This document shows, piece by piece, positions 61,875 through 64,000 of a stretch of DNA of 64,000 nt. The position numbers and the translations under genes were made by a program. A model generated the notes under the pieces. It ran no database searches and was not told the DNA's origin. It saw nothing but the letters and a program-made list of their open reading frames with translations. The DNA comes from Mobula hypostoma (lineage: Eukaryota), in the NCBI RefSeq assembly GCF_963921235.1, contig NC_086097.1, forward strand, positions 147,562,001 to 147,626,000, written 5' to 3'. Every line of letters starts with the position of its first letter. Within the stretch, counting starts at the first letter, position 1.

Positions 61875-63298
61875 CATCAGGAAAGGTAAAGGAGGCTTGA
61901 CCCCCAATGCGAGCAGCAGAGACAATTTAGCAATGGGCAATCTCTTTAATAATAAACTGCAAAATTACAAGCCACAAGAGGCCACAAAACAAGTCAAAAC
62001 TGATATGTAACATTACAAGTCAATCAGGTAACTGAACGCCTGAAGCAACTGGTTGTGGATGAGAGCTGGATTTAAATAGGCTGCAGATGAGGAGCTGGAA
62101 ATGAGTGGCAGGTGACTCCTGTTAATTGGCTGGAGACTGGAAGGTGTCTGCCTCTGCAGGTCTGGCAGGACGCCCCTTCCCATAGCTAGCACCTGACAGC
62201 CGAAGGTGATCTGGATGGATTTGATGGAACTCCCCAATGTGCAATGGATCCAAGATAAAACTGGGTGACACCCAAGAGCTCTCCTCTGGGCCATGCCCTT
62301 TCCAATCGACCAAGTACTACACACCCCATCCACATCAACATGAATCTATCAACCAGTGAACGGTTTACACTGGGTCAGCTTACACCATTCTTTCGAGGTC
62401 GGTGGGCATCTCCCAGAAAGAAAGCTCACCTTTCAAACATTCCGAGAGATCATGATGGTAATGAGCCAGCAGTGCTTCCACGTTCCAACCACTCTCTGCT
62501 GCGAGAGTCCTGAATTCCAAGGTGTAATCCAGCACTGAACGTGAGCCTTTTCACAGAACAAGTATCTGATCTGCTGCCTCCCTTCTACTTCCCAGATGAT
62601 CAAAAGCCCTCTGCAGCTCAACAGTGAATTCCTCATACTTATTGCAGATGGTGGTTTTATTGTTCCAGTTAGTGGTGGTCCAGGTCAGGGCTTCCCCTGT
62701 CAAGAGTGAAATGATGAAGGCAATCTTGCTCAGTCCAAAGAATACAGAGATGACTGCAGCTTGCAGTGCAAGACTGACAGGAAGTTGTGTCACTGGGGAG
62801 GCGATCCATTGAAATATTTAGGTACCAGAATCCAGGGTCTGACAGAGATGCACAATGTTGCTGTAATGAGACAGAGAGTTGGTTGAGAGCGGTGAATAGA
62901 TTGTCAATGGTTTCTTACCGCTTCAGGATCGTGTGCTCATGTCAGCGTAAGATTTCCTTTAGGAGAGCAAACTCTGATGTGTGAATCACCGATTCATTCA
63001 TCCTGTCAGGAAACCTAGAGGAGGCTTGAGACATAGAGCAGCAGAGAGAATTTAGTGGTGAGCAATCATTTTCATAATAAACTACAAAATTACAAGCCAC
63101 ATGGGGCACAAAATGAGAGAGAATGGATACTTAACATGACAAGGCAGTCAGATAACTGAAAGCTCAGAACAACTCGTTGTAGATTGTAGATGAGAGCTGG
63201 GTTTAAATAGGCTGCAGGTGATGAGTTGGAAATGAGTGGCAGGTTAGTCCTGTTAATTGGGTGGTGACTAGGAGGTGCCTGCCTTTGCAGGCCTGACA
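61875..63298 (-). mobile_element. Internally deleted sushi-like Gypsy chromovirus (LTR-gag remnant-chromodomain-PPT-LTR)
   Basis: Direct repeats 61875-62167 and 63004-63298. gag KIAFIISLLTGEALTW..EEFTVELQRAFDH (62551..62793). Chromodomain [14 protein letters not shown] (62122..62313). PPT GGGAAGGGG. Confidence 0.85.
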
Positions 63299-63319
63299 AA
63301 AGGATCTTGGGTTCACATT

Positions 63320-64000
63320 ACACACATCAAAGTTGCTGGTGAACGCAGCAGGCCAGGCAGCATCTCTAGGAAGAGGTACAGTCGAAGTTTTGGGCTGAGA
63401 CCCTTTGTCAGGACTAACTGAAAGAAGAGCTAGTAAGAGATTTGAAAGTGGGAGGGGGAGGGGGAGATCCAACATGATAGAAGAGGACAGGAGGGGGAGG
63501 GATGGAGCCAAGAGCTGGACAGTTGGTTGGCAAAAGGGATACGAGAGGATCATGGGATAGGAGGCCCAGGGAGAAGGAAAAGGGGGAGGGGGGGGGAAAC
63601 GCAGAGGATGGGCAAGGGGTATAGTTAGAGGGACAGAGGGAGAAAAAGGAGAGTGAGAGAAAGAATGTGTGTATATAAATGAATGGATGGGGTACAAGGG
63701 GGAGGTGGGGCATTAGCAGAAGTTAGAGAAGTCAATGTTCATGCCATCAGGTTGGAGGCTATCCAGACGGAATATAAGCTATTGTTCCTCCAATCTGAAT
63801 GTGGCTTCATCTTTACAGTAGAGGAGGCCATGGATAGACATATCAGAATGGGAATGGGATGTGGAATTAAAATGTGTGGCCACTGGGAGATCCTGCTTTC
63901 TCTGGTGGACAGAGCGTAGGTGTTCAGCAAAACGATCTCCCAGTCTGCGTCGGGTCTCGCCAATATATAGAAGGCCACATCGGGAGCACCAGACGCAGTA
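63320..64000 (-). mobile_element. PLE (same family as 48945-49817), runs off the window end
   Basis: Closely similar to 48945-49620. GIY-YIG LLYIGETRRRL at ~63945-63975, decayed hammerhead at 63379-63416. Confidence 0.9.

Noticed and set aside
62985..63003. Self-priming PBS for the mini Gypsy element
   Set aside because: I could not find convincing complementarity to the LTR R region by eye.
1..64000. CRISPR arrays, prokaryotic operons or defence systems
   Set aside because: No regularly spaced repeat-spacer array. All recognisable coding remnants are eukaryotic retroelements.

Overview
This is repeat-dominated vertebrate genomic DNA. The repeat repertoire (dense CR1, V-SINEs, Neptune-type Penelope elements, fish-type L1) suggests a cartilaginous fish, probably a ray or skate; that assignment is inference. 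I can support no host exon, tRNA/rRNA gene or CRISPR array. Positions 201-15000 form a nested stack. The oldest layer is a retrovirus-like pol (RT, tether, second RNase H; loki/foamy-like). It is split by a Penelope element and by a CR1, which holds an old L1. That L1 holds a 5'-inverted L1 fragment and a full-length L1 with both ORFs open (6314-12140, 17-bp TSD). Other highlights are: a two-LTR class III-like (ERV-L/ERV-S) provirus carrying only gag with a tRNA-Ser-like PBS (32217-35603); a putative structured RNA motif shared by the inter-ORF spacers of two divergent L1 families; many Penelope copies with minimal hammerhead ribozymes, including fold-back copies; two chromovirus Gypsy relics; two solo LTRs; and a HERO-like RLE LINE tail. 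Boundaries of degenerate repeats are approximate and read by eye.
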